A DNA stretch of 64,000 nucleotides from the NCBI RefSeq assembly GCF_035594765.1, contig NC_085841.1, positions 312,923,402-312,987,401 on the forward strand, in the 5' to 3' direction. This DNA comes from Anolis carolinensis (taxonomy: Eukaryota). The position numbers were made by a program, and so were the translations under genes. Shown here in pieces: positions 47,866 to 59,398 of the stretch. The notes beneath the pieces were generated by a model. That model was not told the origin of the DNA, made no database searches, and saw nothing but the letters and a program-made list of their open reading frames with translations. How positions within the stretch are numbered: position 1 is the stretch's first letter; each line of letters begins with the position of its first letter.

Positions 47866-50800
47866 ATGGCGGTGCGTCGGCAACTGCAACTGCTCTTCCA
47901 GGGGCCCCAAGCGTGTGGCGGCATCATGGTGGAGCGGGCGGGAACCGGGGCGGCGAAGGGCCTCGGCCCGCAACCAAGCAAGAGGCCTGAGGATGCCTTG
48001 GAGCGAGGCTCCGGCACTCGGGGCATGAGGCCGAAGGACTGCGTGCTCTACCAATGCCGGAGCTGCCGCGTCGTGTTGGGGGACTCGCTCCACCTCTGCG
48101 CCCACGAGGACAAGCTCCGCCTCCTCGCCTGCTTCAGTGAGTTCACCTGGCTCTGGGCATCCTCTCTAAGCCAAGTGGGGACAAGCTGGCCCTCCAGTGT
48201 TTGGGACTCCCAACTCCCAGAAGCCATAGCCAGCTTGTCCAATGGTCAGGAATTTTGGGAGCTGAAGTCTGAAACATCGGAGGACTAGAGTTTGCGACTC
48301 ACTTGGGAATGAATGCAGTTTTTGTCACCACTTTAATTTAACTACTTTAACACTTTAATTCACTGGGTCTGGAATACCCATCCAAAAGAAAATAGGTTAG
48401 CCCTCACCCTTCAATTCTTCCAATCCAGCCTGAAAACATGGATGTTCAAACAGGCTTTTGACATGGGCTGAATAGGCCCATATGAAGTTGACACTCTGGC
48501 ACTTTAGTTGTGAATTGATGGCAGCTAGTTTTATCTATAGATGTCAGTGTTTTTAAAATTGTGCTATACTAATTTTATGTTATAGGTATTGACAGGGGTC
48601 CTTATAATTTTATGTGATTTTGTTTTATACGTATGTACCATTTTTACAGTTATGTCATATGCGCCACCTTGGACTGCCCTTGTAAGCCGCCCGAGTCCCT
48701 TCAGGGAGTTGGTGGCGGGATATAAATAAAGTTTATTATTTATTTGTTTACGTACTATATATCAACCCCACTCTTTTCACCCCGCTAGGGACTCAGAGCG
48801 GCTTACAGTTTGGCCACTTCAGTGCCACATTGCAAATACACAGTGTATAAATAGAATACACACCTGGTAAACTGGCTGTTATTTCTGGGAGTTGTAGGCC
48901 AAAAACATCTGGGGGCTTCCAGGTTCAGAACCACTGCTATAAGGTATCATTATTACTGTGCGTCTATGTTTTAAAATTATGGGAGTTGTTGTTTTCATGG
49001 TGTTTAAGTCTTCTCTGCTCAAGAATGCTGGTGCCTCACCAAACTACAACACTACAATTCCATATCATCAAGCCATGGCAGTTACACTAGTGTCAAGTAT
49101 GTTCTCTCAGGGCTGTTAAACCCATCTTCATGGGGGGGGGGGGGGGGGTCAGCCTTATGGTTGCCTTCAACAGGCCTTTGAATCCATGGATGAAGAATCT
49201 GAATACAGGGGGCCAGCTATATTTTTTCACATAGTTGTCTTGCATTTTTAGCCCATTTTGGTCCCCAGATGTTCTTGAATGACAACTCCCATCACTTTTG
49301 ATTATCAGCCATGCTGACTTGGGAAAATGGGAATTGCACTCGATGGCACTTGTAGCTATGAGGTTAGGGAAAGTTTAAAGGACATTTTATAGTCAAATAT
49401 CATATCCACAAGCCTTATATCTAAATTCAGACACCATTTTTCTAACTAAAAAGGACAGTTTGCAGCCTTACAGATGTTACTGTATCACATTTCTTATTAG
49501 CTCTAGTCATGATGTCTATTGAACAGGAATGACAACAGAGTTGTCATTCAGCATCTAGAAGCCCACATAAAATGACATGGCAGGTCAGATTTGTGTAGAT
49601 TCACCCTCAGAAATCTTTCCAGCTCAATTATATCCATATATCCTTGAAGGCTACCTCTTCCTACTTCGTGTTTTCTTTTCTTTACTTTTTGTTCCAGGCC
49701 ATCTACCAACATAAAAATAGTTCACCTTTTTCTTTTCTGTTCAGCAAATGAATGAGATTCTTCTGCAGTCAAATTTCTTGTCAAGTCTTTAAGCAGTATG
49801 CAATTATTGGGATACAGTTGACTCTTCACATCAGTTAATTTGCAGATTTCTTTGCTGTATTTATGCCACTTCTTCTGCTGTTCTACACACAACCAAAAAC
49901 ATGTGGTATTTTCTGTCTAGACATTTGTGTCTCCGAACAAATGGCTAGAGCAGTGTTCTCACAAGTTAAAAAATAACATTTACAATTTATATTTGCATTT
50001 CCCCCAATTGAGACCCTGTGGCTCTAACACCTGTAAATGTGGATGAGCTACTATATATTAGAGATGTGTGAGACGTCAAAAAACTGCCATTTTCTGTCCT
50101 ATTTTCGGCTCCTCCCCTTCTGTTTACCAGGAAATTCCCGAAATCGGAAGGGGAAAAATAACGTTCCATGATCCAACAACCAGAAGCTCTGTTTCTGGGA
50201 AGATCTGGCCCATTGGTGACAATGGGGAATTTGCAAGACTTCTCTCTCTGTCATTTTTATGGCTATCGGGATAAAAATGGACACACTTGGAAGACACATT
50301 TATGACTGCAAGCCCTACATGTTTCAGGACGTTTGGGTCATCCACTGATTTTTAGGAAATTGTTAAAGTTTCTAAATTGAAATAATATTCTCCTCATGGG
50401 GACTCAAGGGAGTCAGGCTATCACTCCCATCCCTAAACCTATCCCACACTCAATCAAGTTAAAGCAAAAAAAAGTTTAAAATATTTAAACAAACACACAC
50501 AAAACGCCCTTTTAAAACTCACAGCCCCCCCCCAAACACACACACACACACGCCTCCCTAGTGAAATTAGTAAAATAAAAGAACTACTGTATAAGATATT
50601 AACTCAAAAAATGATATACTGTAATACAAAAGAAAAAGATTGGAATTCTCAAAAAGCGATCATAAGCAACAACACTGAGATAGAACACAGAGCTATTTAT
50701 CATACGCTGTCTTGCTCTCTCTCAAATGAAGGTAGATGATGACAAGCTGGAAAGTGTCCAGAGGAGGGCGACTAAAATGATCAAGGGTCTGGAGAACAAG

Positions 50801-53800
50801 CCCTATGAGGAGCGGCTTAAAGAGCTGGGCATGTTTAGCCTGCAGAAGAGAATGCTGAGAGGAGACATGATAGCCATGTATAAATATGTGAGGGGAAGTC
50901 ATAGGGAGGAGGGAGAAAGCTTGTTTTCTATTGCCCTGGAGGCTCGGACGTGGAACAGTGGCTTCAAACTGCGGGAAAGGAGATTTCACCTGAACATCAG
51001 GAAGAACTTCCTAATTGCGAGAGCTGTCCGGCAGTGGAACTCTCTGCCCCAGAGTGTGGTTGAGGCTCCTTTGGAAGCTTTTAAGCAGAGGCTGGATGGC
51101 CATCTGTTGGGGGTGCTTTGAATGTCATCTTCCTGCTTCTTGGCAGGGGGTTGGCCTGGATGGCCCGTGAGGTCTCTTCCAACAATGAAAAAAACTGTGT
51201 GCAGTTGATATTGTCAATCACGGAGCAGCTAAATGTAGCTGAAATATCCGGCACCAGGTGGTCTGTTCCAGCTGAGTCTGGCTGCCCCCACCTGGTCTGT
51301 TTTTGGCGGTCCAGCTGCTGGATCACCAAATTTCCCCAAATCCCGCACCGCAAAATAAAACAATGCACACTCCTACTATATATGTTATGATATGTTATGC
51401 ATTCATATCATATAATAATGTATTATTTATAAAAATATATTATTTTAGTTTGTTCTTATACGGAAATGTCTCTTAAAAGTATACATTAAAGTTGAAGTTC
51501 ACACTGTAGTGATTCTAGCAATAGATTATGGTCTTCTACAGTCATGACTATAGATAAATATCTGTTTATATATATATACAGTAGAGTCTCACTTATCCAA
51601 CATTCGCTTATCCAATGTTCTGGATTATCCAATGCAGTCTGCCTCCTGCCGGGATACACAGCTGTTTCTCTAGACAGCAAGGACTGAACTTTTTACGCAT
51701 TTAATTTCCAACAATGTTGTTACTATAAGTTCATTTTATGCAATTATATCTTTATTCGTAGTCAAATTGTTAGTAGCCAATGTTTTTGCAGTCAATGTTT
51801 TCAATACATTGCGATGTTTTGGTGCTAAATTCGTAAATATAGTAATTAGTACATAACATTACCGTGTATTGAACTGTTTTTTCTGTCGATTTGTTATAAA
51901 ACAAGATGTTTTGGTACTTAATTTGTAAAATCATAATGTAATTTGATGTTTAATAGGTTTAATCCTTCCTTATTATCCAACATTTTTGCTTATCCAACGT
52001 TCTGCCAGCCCATTTATGTTGGATAGGTGAGACTCTACTGTATAATAAAATCTGTTAGCAGGATTTTTGAAGTTTAATTTTTGAAAAATGTTTTTCTCTT
52101 TCAGAAGTTACAAAAGATATTGTTGTGGAAGATGATTTGATGGTTTGTGTTGAAGGCGATCTTACTGGATGGTGGGTATTTCTTGAAATTATTCCTTCTC
52201 TTTTATGCATGCTAAATTAAGTGACTATTACTTGTAGAAGATAACTAATAGTTTCCAGGCCTGTGTTTTGCATCTTTCTTCAAAATGCAATGAGTATATC
52301 TTTCTATTTCCTTTGAAATGAAAACCTTCTATGAGAAAAAGGGGTGGGTTTTTTAACCAAAAAATATGATGAAGAGAAACTTTGTATTGCTTTTGTACGT
52401 CAAAACTTATCTTTGTTCACCCTTCAGTTGTTGAATAATTAAAGCTGTACCAGATTTGGTAGGTTTTAATACAGTTTTCTTACATTAACATCTTTCATGT
52501 GTGTTTAAATTTCCTATAGATAATACTGCTTTTCTAATTGATTATGATGATAATATATTAGTTTTTATATTCTATATTGCTTATATTCTAACTTGTTTGT
52601 GGAGTATATTTCCTGGCAAAGCAGGATCTAAATACTTGAACAAATTAACAAAAATATGATTGGATTCTGTGGAAAAAGGAAGTGTTCAAATTATGTTATT
52701 TTAAATATATTTTAGATGAAGCAACAAGTGTTAGAATTTAATGAAGCATTTCTGTAATAAGGAAAGTATAGTGATATTGATAGGTGCCCCAGTGGCTCAG
52801 TGTGTTAAAGCGCTGAGCTGCTGAACTAGCAGACTGAAAAGTCCCAGGTTCAAATCCCAGGAGCGGAGTGAGCGCCCGCTGTTGCTCCAGCTTCTGCCAA
52901 CCTAGCAGTTCGAAAACATGCCAATGTGAGTAGATCAATAGGTACCACTCCATTGGGAAGGTAACAGTGCTCCATGCAGTCATGCCAGTCACATTACCTT
53001 GGAGGTGTCTACGGACAATGCTGGCTCTTTGGCTTAGAAATGGAGATTAGACATGACTGGACTTAATGTCAGGGGAAACCTTTACCTTTTAGTGATATTG
53101 ATGTTTACTGAATCTGTTTTATCCGTGAGTTGAACTGCTATTCTTACATTACATTAGGAGAAGAATGGCTTTTGTTACATTTTCTTTAGGATTATATAAT
53201 GGAGAACCCATTGAAATTGCAAAAATACATGCCGAATATGCATATTCTCAGACACAGTATTATATACATTTATCATGCAAATCTTCAAAAAAATGACTTA
53301 AAATAACTTCTGAATTTGGGTTTTCAGACTGCAGTTTTTTCAGGAATTTATAGAATAGGTTCAAGAGCTGTTTCCATGGTGTTTGATGCCTATGAAATGT
53401 GGTGTAAAGTTCAATTTGTTATATAGAAGACAATTTGGAACTTTGAGCTGACTCCAGCCTCTGTCTTTTTCTGCCAGCACTTATAACTTGTTGCTCTGTC
53501 GGTCCTGTGAAGCATGTGTAGGCTTGAAGCTATATTGTTCAGAATCTCATGCTTATCTCAGAGGCTTCTTCTGCCTTTTTAAGGACAACATCATATGGTT
53601 AGTATCCTTCACAATCATACTAAACCTCAAATTTAGAAAGCTAGTTTTAAGAAGAATGGATCTCAGGGCATGCTGAAGCAATCTGTAATTAAGTAGAGGT
53701 GGGATGATGCTCAGCCCAAGCTTACATATAAATATCTTTTCTTTTTTTAAACTAGTTCATATGACTTGCCCTTATGTGAAAAGATTAGGACTTGGAGCAA

Positions 53801-56339
53801 TGGGTTCAAATCACAGGAAAGAAGATTCCATCTGAATGTTAGGAAGAACTTCTTAGTTGTGAGAGTTATTTAACAGTGGAACTCTCTGCCTTGGCGTGTA
53901 GTCAAGGTTCCTTCCTTAGAGGCGTTTAAACAGGCTGGGTGGCCATCTGTCAGGAATATTTTGATTGTGCTTTTCCTGCATGGCAGGGGGCGTGGACTAG
54001 ATGGCCCATGTGGTCTCTTCCAGCTCTATGATTGTATGATTAATTAATAGTCACAATTTGGTCTGAATATTTAGATGTGAGGACTTTCTCTTGCTGCCGT
54101 AAATGGAAAAGAATGCGGATGTGAAATATTCAGAAATGCTACGATTGCTGAAATGAACTCAGCCTGATGTTTCAAGAATTAACCCTCTTCTGTATCACCT
54201 GCAGCCTCCTGCATGTTCCCAAATATCTAGTGCAGTGGTTCTCAACCTGTGGGTCCCCAGATGTGTTGGTCTTCAACTCCCAGAAATCCTAACAGCTGGT
54301 AAACTGGCTGGGATTTCTGGAAATTGTAGGCCAAAACATCTGGGGACCCACAGATTGAGAACCACTGATATAGTGGGTGTTTTTTCAAGCTAATTTAGGG
54401 GATTCTATGGGCTTGTGAGAGGTGTAAAGGAAGGAAAATCCCCTCCTGCAATCATTTTTGATGGAAGCTGATCTTTGTCAGGAGGGATTAGATAACTCCA
54501 ATATACATTAATATGAAATTGTTATTGTTGTTTTATTACAAAAAATGTATTTTCTTGTCTTAGTTACTCATTAGAGACTAAAACCACTGTTGAAGCTTCA
54601 AAGATTATCTGTCCTCAAATCAGCTTAAAGGAACAGGTACAAAAGGTAACCTTTTTCTGCTTTTTGAGTTTTTTAAATAAATGTGCATATTAGAATTTAT
54701 ATTTTGCTTTGGCACAGAGAAATATAACAGATTACAATAAAACTAAACAGTTCAAAATATGCACAGTACAGCATTGTAAGTACCCTGGAGGTTTTCAAAG
54801 GCTGGATAACAATTTGTCGGGAGTGTATTCCTGCATGGCAAGAGATTGGACTGGATTACCCTTGTGACCTTTTCCAACTCTGATTATGTGTTGATGGACA
54901 GGGTACTTAGACATTTCTCATTCATAAGGTCGCCATAAGCAGATTTGCCAAAATCCTTTTTCCACTGGACAGTCCCACCATGTATGAAGACAAAATCCTA
55001 CCAAAGCAGCTTCTTCAGCATAGTGAAGAACTATTATTATTAGTTATGTGGCACCTTTAATTAATTTTTAAAGTGCCACAGCATTCTTTTCTTTTTTTCA
55101 TCCTTGAAGAAGTGGCTGTGGGTGACAAAAGCTTGTGCTGAAATAAATTGGTTAGTCCTACAGGTGCCAGAAGACTAGCAGAAATCCGTTTATACCATGG
55201 GACTTTCCTATTCATTATTATAACTCTACTGCAGGTTCTTGTGCATCCTGAAAAATGGGGAAATGAAGGCCAGGAACTTCATTTGGGTCTTGGACCCTAT
55301 GGGGAGACTCAACAAATATTAGGCAAAACACTAAAGTAAGCGTGAGCGTTTTAAGATGCTTGAGTAGTAGACATGCCTTTCCCACTGAACCTCATAGAGC
55401 AGCATTTGTCCCCTCTGTACCTCCATATTTTCCCATTTTTTTTAGTTAGAACTCCCCATGCCTTATGTTTTGTACCTCTTATTTTAAAATTATATTATTA
55501 ACATTATTCATGTCCCCGCCCTCAGGAATCCCCTTCCAAAGGAGACTGGGCTCCCCCCCCCCCCCCCCATATTATAATTTTACCAACAGGCAAAGACATT
55601 TTTATTCAAGTAGACCTTTATCTGATAAGGTTTTTATAGGATACACTGGGCCCTTACTATCTATTGGGGTTTGGTTACAGGACCCACCCCCAGACCAATG
55701 GATACCAAAATCTGCATGCTTCGATCCCATTACAGTAGCATAATAAAATGGTGTCACTTATATGAAATGGCAAAATCAAGGATTTTGTATCCCTGTGTCA
55801 ATATGTTAAAGCCATGAATAGTTAAATCTGTGCATATAGACTATTTTATCAATTATTTGTTTGTTTATCTTTAAAATGTTTTATGTGGCTCTGTTTTAAA
55901 TTTTAGTATGAATATTTTAACTGATTGTTTTTGGGAGCCGATATAGGTCCCAATCTGAAAGACAGTAAACAAGTGCAATACTTAAATATTTTAAAGTAGT
56001 AATAACATAACACCCTTGTTTTTGTTGATATAAATATTTGTCAAGTAAAAAATAGTTTTTAAAAGTTCCACAGTACATTGAATATTTTACCAATTCCTAA
56101 TTATTTTATTAGAAAGTGTTTAACTCATATTTTGTGTTACTTGTTTTACTTAAATGTTATTGTTTAAACTTCTTTTGAAGTTGAAAGAAAGACTTGTAAT
56201 AGTACACACACGTATAGAATTGCTGATGGAGAAATTGGAAGGATTAAACCAGCAGAAAATAAAGGCAGAGAAGCAAGACTCTCATGGAAGACGACATAGC
56301 CAGATACCTGGATGTAAAAGGAAAAAGTCAAGCAATTAA
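47866..56339 (+). CDS. OIP5: OIP5 / Mis18-beta centromere licensing factor, 232 aa
   Basis: Coding exons 47866-48136, 52105-52171, 53478-53597, 54564-54645, 56181-56339 (699 nt). Two CxxC motifs of the Yippee/Mis18 domain (YQCRSCRVVLGDSLHLC; YNLLLCRSC...LRGFFCL) and a C-terminal helical segment. Head-to-head with NUSAP1 as in other vertebrates. Confidence 0.93.
50733..51183 (+). mobile_element. CR1 LINE 3' end (ORF2 C-terminus)
   Basis: KLESVQRRATKMIKGLE..PYEERLKELGMFSL..RLDGHL plus the CR1 3'UTR. Confidence 0.92.
51579..52040. mobile_element. TcMar/Tigger-like MITE (longer variant)
   Basis: TIRs cagtagagtctcac / gtgagactctactg; inserted in a (TA)n run. Confidence 0.88.
52783..53089 (+). 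mobile_element. Sauria SINE
   Basis: Same sequence as 16221; 13-bp TSD tagtgatattgat at 52769-52781 and 53090-53102. Confidence 0.9.
53787..54040 (+). mobile_element. CR1 LINE 3' end
   Basis: Homologous to 50945-51183; ends tctatgattgtatgatt. Confidence 0.85.
54233..54367. mobile_element. hAT-type MITE
   Basis: TIRs cagtggttctcaacctgtgggtccccagatg / catctggggacccacagattgagaaccactg; TSD atctagtg / atatagtg. Confidence 0.88.
55045..55178 (+). mobile_element. Penelope-like element terminal fragment (degenerate)
   Basis: tgaagaagtggctgtg...aaagcttgtgctgaaataaattggttagtcctacaggtgcca resembles the reptile PLE terminal repeat; recognised from memory. Confidence 0.5.
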
Positions 56340-56775
56340 TCTGTTGAATTTCTACAGTAATATCTTAATTGTGTCAAACATGGTGTTTGAAAGGAACTTC
56401 ATACAACTTTGATTTTGAATGCATTTGAAAATGGACCTGCAGTTGAATTTTATGTGAAATTCAACTGCAGGTCCAATTTCAAATGCTATTTTTTTACAGA
56501 GCACTCAAGTGCATTAATAGGTTGAATAGGAACAACATGTGCATTATAGATGCCTTTAGCTTACATTCACAGAAACATGGTTATCCTTCTGTTTTATGAT
56601 TGCATTATGAATATATTTTGATACAGATTGTGACATTTTGCCCATAGGGCACATGCCTCCCGTTGATCCTGCCAGGTACCATCTATGCTAAAACAGATTT
56701 TTTTAAAAAGGAGTACAGCTTGGGGGTAGGTGGGGGAGAGGAAGGGCCTGTTGAAATTGCTGTTGCTTTGTCAGA

Positions 56776-56781
56776 AATAAA
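56776..56781 (+). terminator. Candidate OIP5 poly(A) signal AATAAA
   Basis: AATAAA about 440 nt after the stop, followed by a GT/T-rich element (tgtgttttttt). Confidence 0.55.
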
Positions 56782-56932
56782 TGTAAAATTTGCACATGTG
56801 TTTTTTTGACCCCAAGATCATCTGGTCTTCATTTTTGGGTGAAAGCAGTTAGGATTCTACTTCAGTGAAATAGAAGTGTGAATTTAGAAATCAGTTATGT
56901 TAAAATAAATTGAGCCTTTCTTAATTAGCTTA

Positions 56933-57127
56933 ATGTTGTTGTGTGCCTCTAAATTGTTCCCAATGTATAGCAACCCTAAGGTGAACCTATCATGGGATTT
57001 TCTTTCTCAGAGACTGAGAAAGTGTGACTTCTCCTAGGTCACCTATTGGGCTTCCATGGCTGCGCAGGTATTCAAACCCTGGCCCTCAGAGTCCTAGTCT
57101 AATGCAGAAACCAATACACTACACTGG
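56933..57127 (-). mobile_element. tRNA-derived SINE
   Basis: Reverse complement of the 17166 family; B box attcaaaccc; (ttg)n tail. Confidence 0.6.
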
Positions 57128-57199
57128 GATTAAGAAATTTTTAAAATAGTGTCTGAAAGAATGACAGATGGACAGTTGCTTCCAGGGGAGTTTTGCCCT

Positions 57200-57790
57200 T
57201 GTGAGTTAGCTGTCCTGAAGACTGATGTCATTTCTGCAAAAGAGCTTGCCTAATGCTCTATGAACTTCTAAGAAAGGGTGTGATTACTGCAATTGATATC
57301 AGCTGCCGTGGACTGCATTGCTCCACAAACTACTTGATGGATGTGCAGTGTCTTGAGTCATGTGCATTGGGGTTTGAAATAAACCATCTTTATCATCATG
57401 GGGTTTAGCCCTGAGGAGATGGGCTGCCTATTAAAATGGTCTGCTGCAAGAGGCTTATGGACCCAGATGCATTCGTCATGGCTCCTGCTGTCTTGATAGG
57501 TGGTACTTATGAAGTTCTACCCAATCTCTGGATTGGGCAAATGGCCCAGGCATTGAACACAATGCTCTTGAGCATCCCCTCACAAAATGAAGCCAGGCTG
57601 CCTTCCACTTTTCCAGGGAACTGGTGGTAATGAAACAAATAAGACTGACTGGAGCAACATTGGTAGAAAAAGTGCATCCAAGACTGGCAAAATCTCATCT
57701 AAGGGCCTACTCTGTGGCAACAAAGATAAATATAGTCTCTGCCTCTATTTCATCTGCGGAGAACCAGCCAGCAGAGCTGTTTCAAATAGG
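57200..57790 (+). mobile_element. Degenerate L2 ORF2 fragment (endonuclease-RT linker region)
   Basis: aggcttatggacccagatgcattc...atctctgga...atggcccaggcattgaacacaatgctcttgagc...gaactggtggtaatgaaac resembles squamate L2 ORF2; recognised from memory. Confidence 0.6.
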
Positions 57791-57855
57791 GATATTTTAC
57801 ATACAAACCCAAAAGAGGAAAATCCAGATTGCTCTTACCTCATAAAGCCACTTCC

Positions 57856-57861
57856 TTTATT
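57856..57861 (-). terminator. Candidate distal CHP1 poly(A) signal AATAAA
   Basis: TTTATT on the plus strand at the edge of unique sequence, about 1.5 kb after the CHP1 stop; alternatives near 57942 and 58390. Confidence 0.45.
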
Positions 57862-59398
57862 TCAAGTCAAAACATGTTTTTCCAATTATATTGTATTAAC
57901 AAACAAACAAAAAAGACTAGGAACTTATCCAGGTTGAAGGATTTTATTCACAGACTGATGGAATACAAGCGGTCTCACAAGGCACAACTGTTGATTATAG
58001 CTACAGAGCCAAAGGATGAAGCTTATTTAAAAATAAGCACATCTAACACCTTGGTATTAATGATCACTGTTCTTCTCTTTACAAAATTCCTATGTTACAT
58101 TGTAGTCAGAATCCCAAAGCATTCTGTTCAAGAGAGATCATTCAACTTGTATTTCCTAAGGGGTTACAATTTAATGATTGGACTGAAAATATACTTCCTT
58201 ATGTAATTTAACAAAGTAGTGCAAATCAACTTTGAGAGATTATTAAATTGTGCAAAATTTAAGTAACTGGGACAAAATACTCAATGCTTATAGAAACATG
58301 GCTTATGAGAGTAGCAAGAGAACAAAGTATTTGAACATTCAAAATAGCTTTTAGCAAGTTACACAACCAAAACTGTTAAAATCTCAAAATTTATTTCAGC
58401 CAATGTGATACTACTTAGTCTGAATGCAGGAATGCTTGAAGTAAAACAAAATAAATTTCCTTAGATCACAGGTTGTACATGTTCTAGATATTATCCTAAT
58501 AATGACAGTGTTCTCATAAATGTGAAAGAACATTATACTCCTCCAGCTTGACTTTCATGTGTATGTTCGGAAACGAAAAATCCAATTGGTCTAGTGTATC
58601 ATAATATGAAAAGAAAACTTTCCTTACAGTTGTCAACAAAAAGAATATGTTGCAAATACTAATTGAAAAATAGTTAACCAAAAGCACAAGCAAGAAATTC
58701 AAGACTTCACATTGCAAACATTTCAAAATAGATAGCAGGAAAGAATTTAACGTCTACTAGTTGAGAAATTACATATACATAAAAACAACATTAACAAGTC
58801 ATATCCTTGGCAGGTGTCCCATCTTCCGGTGGACAAATTCATATACATTTGACATACTTGGAAGCCTATAGTCAACCAAGCCTTAGTCCTGAAAATGAAA
58901 TCACTGGCTTTGCATCATTACTTTTTGAGGTTTAGTAAAATGGGCAGGCATCTATTTCAACAAAACCAGGAGAAGAGAAGGCAGTTATGCTGGCAAGACA
59001 AAGATAATGGAGTATATAGGTACTACCGATCAGATCTTTGTTGCACTTTTTTTGAAATGGCTCTCAGCCAGCCCCTACAGTAGAATTTGCTGTCCTCTCT
59101 AATTTATAGTCCATAAGATGGTGGAAGAGTACAGTACACGGGAAGAAATAATTTATAATCAGAAAACAATGCAAATAGAACCGTGATGAAAAGGCTGTTT
59201 CAATGCTCCATTCCAAGCTGCATTGCAGCCATGTTTCTTGTTCTGATGCAGAAGGAATGTTCACGCTGATGGAACAAACTGGGGAGGGATTTGGAGATGT
59301 ACCTCACATGCACCAGAAGCAATGCTCAGGAAAAAAGATAGTAAAACAAACTATATTCCTTAAATATGAGGACAATGCAAGGATTTGGCCTGGATTCA

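Noticed and set aside
47565-48242. Antisense ORFs over OIP5 exon 1
   Set aside because: GC-rich shadow ORFs of the real exon and promoter.
50289-50296. miR-7 8mer seed match on the minus strand (another at about 56285) as a Cyrano remnant
   Set aside because: No 3' supplementary pairing; the second lies in OIP5 coding sequence. Seed matches of this size occur by chance.
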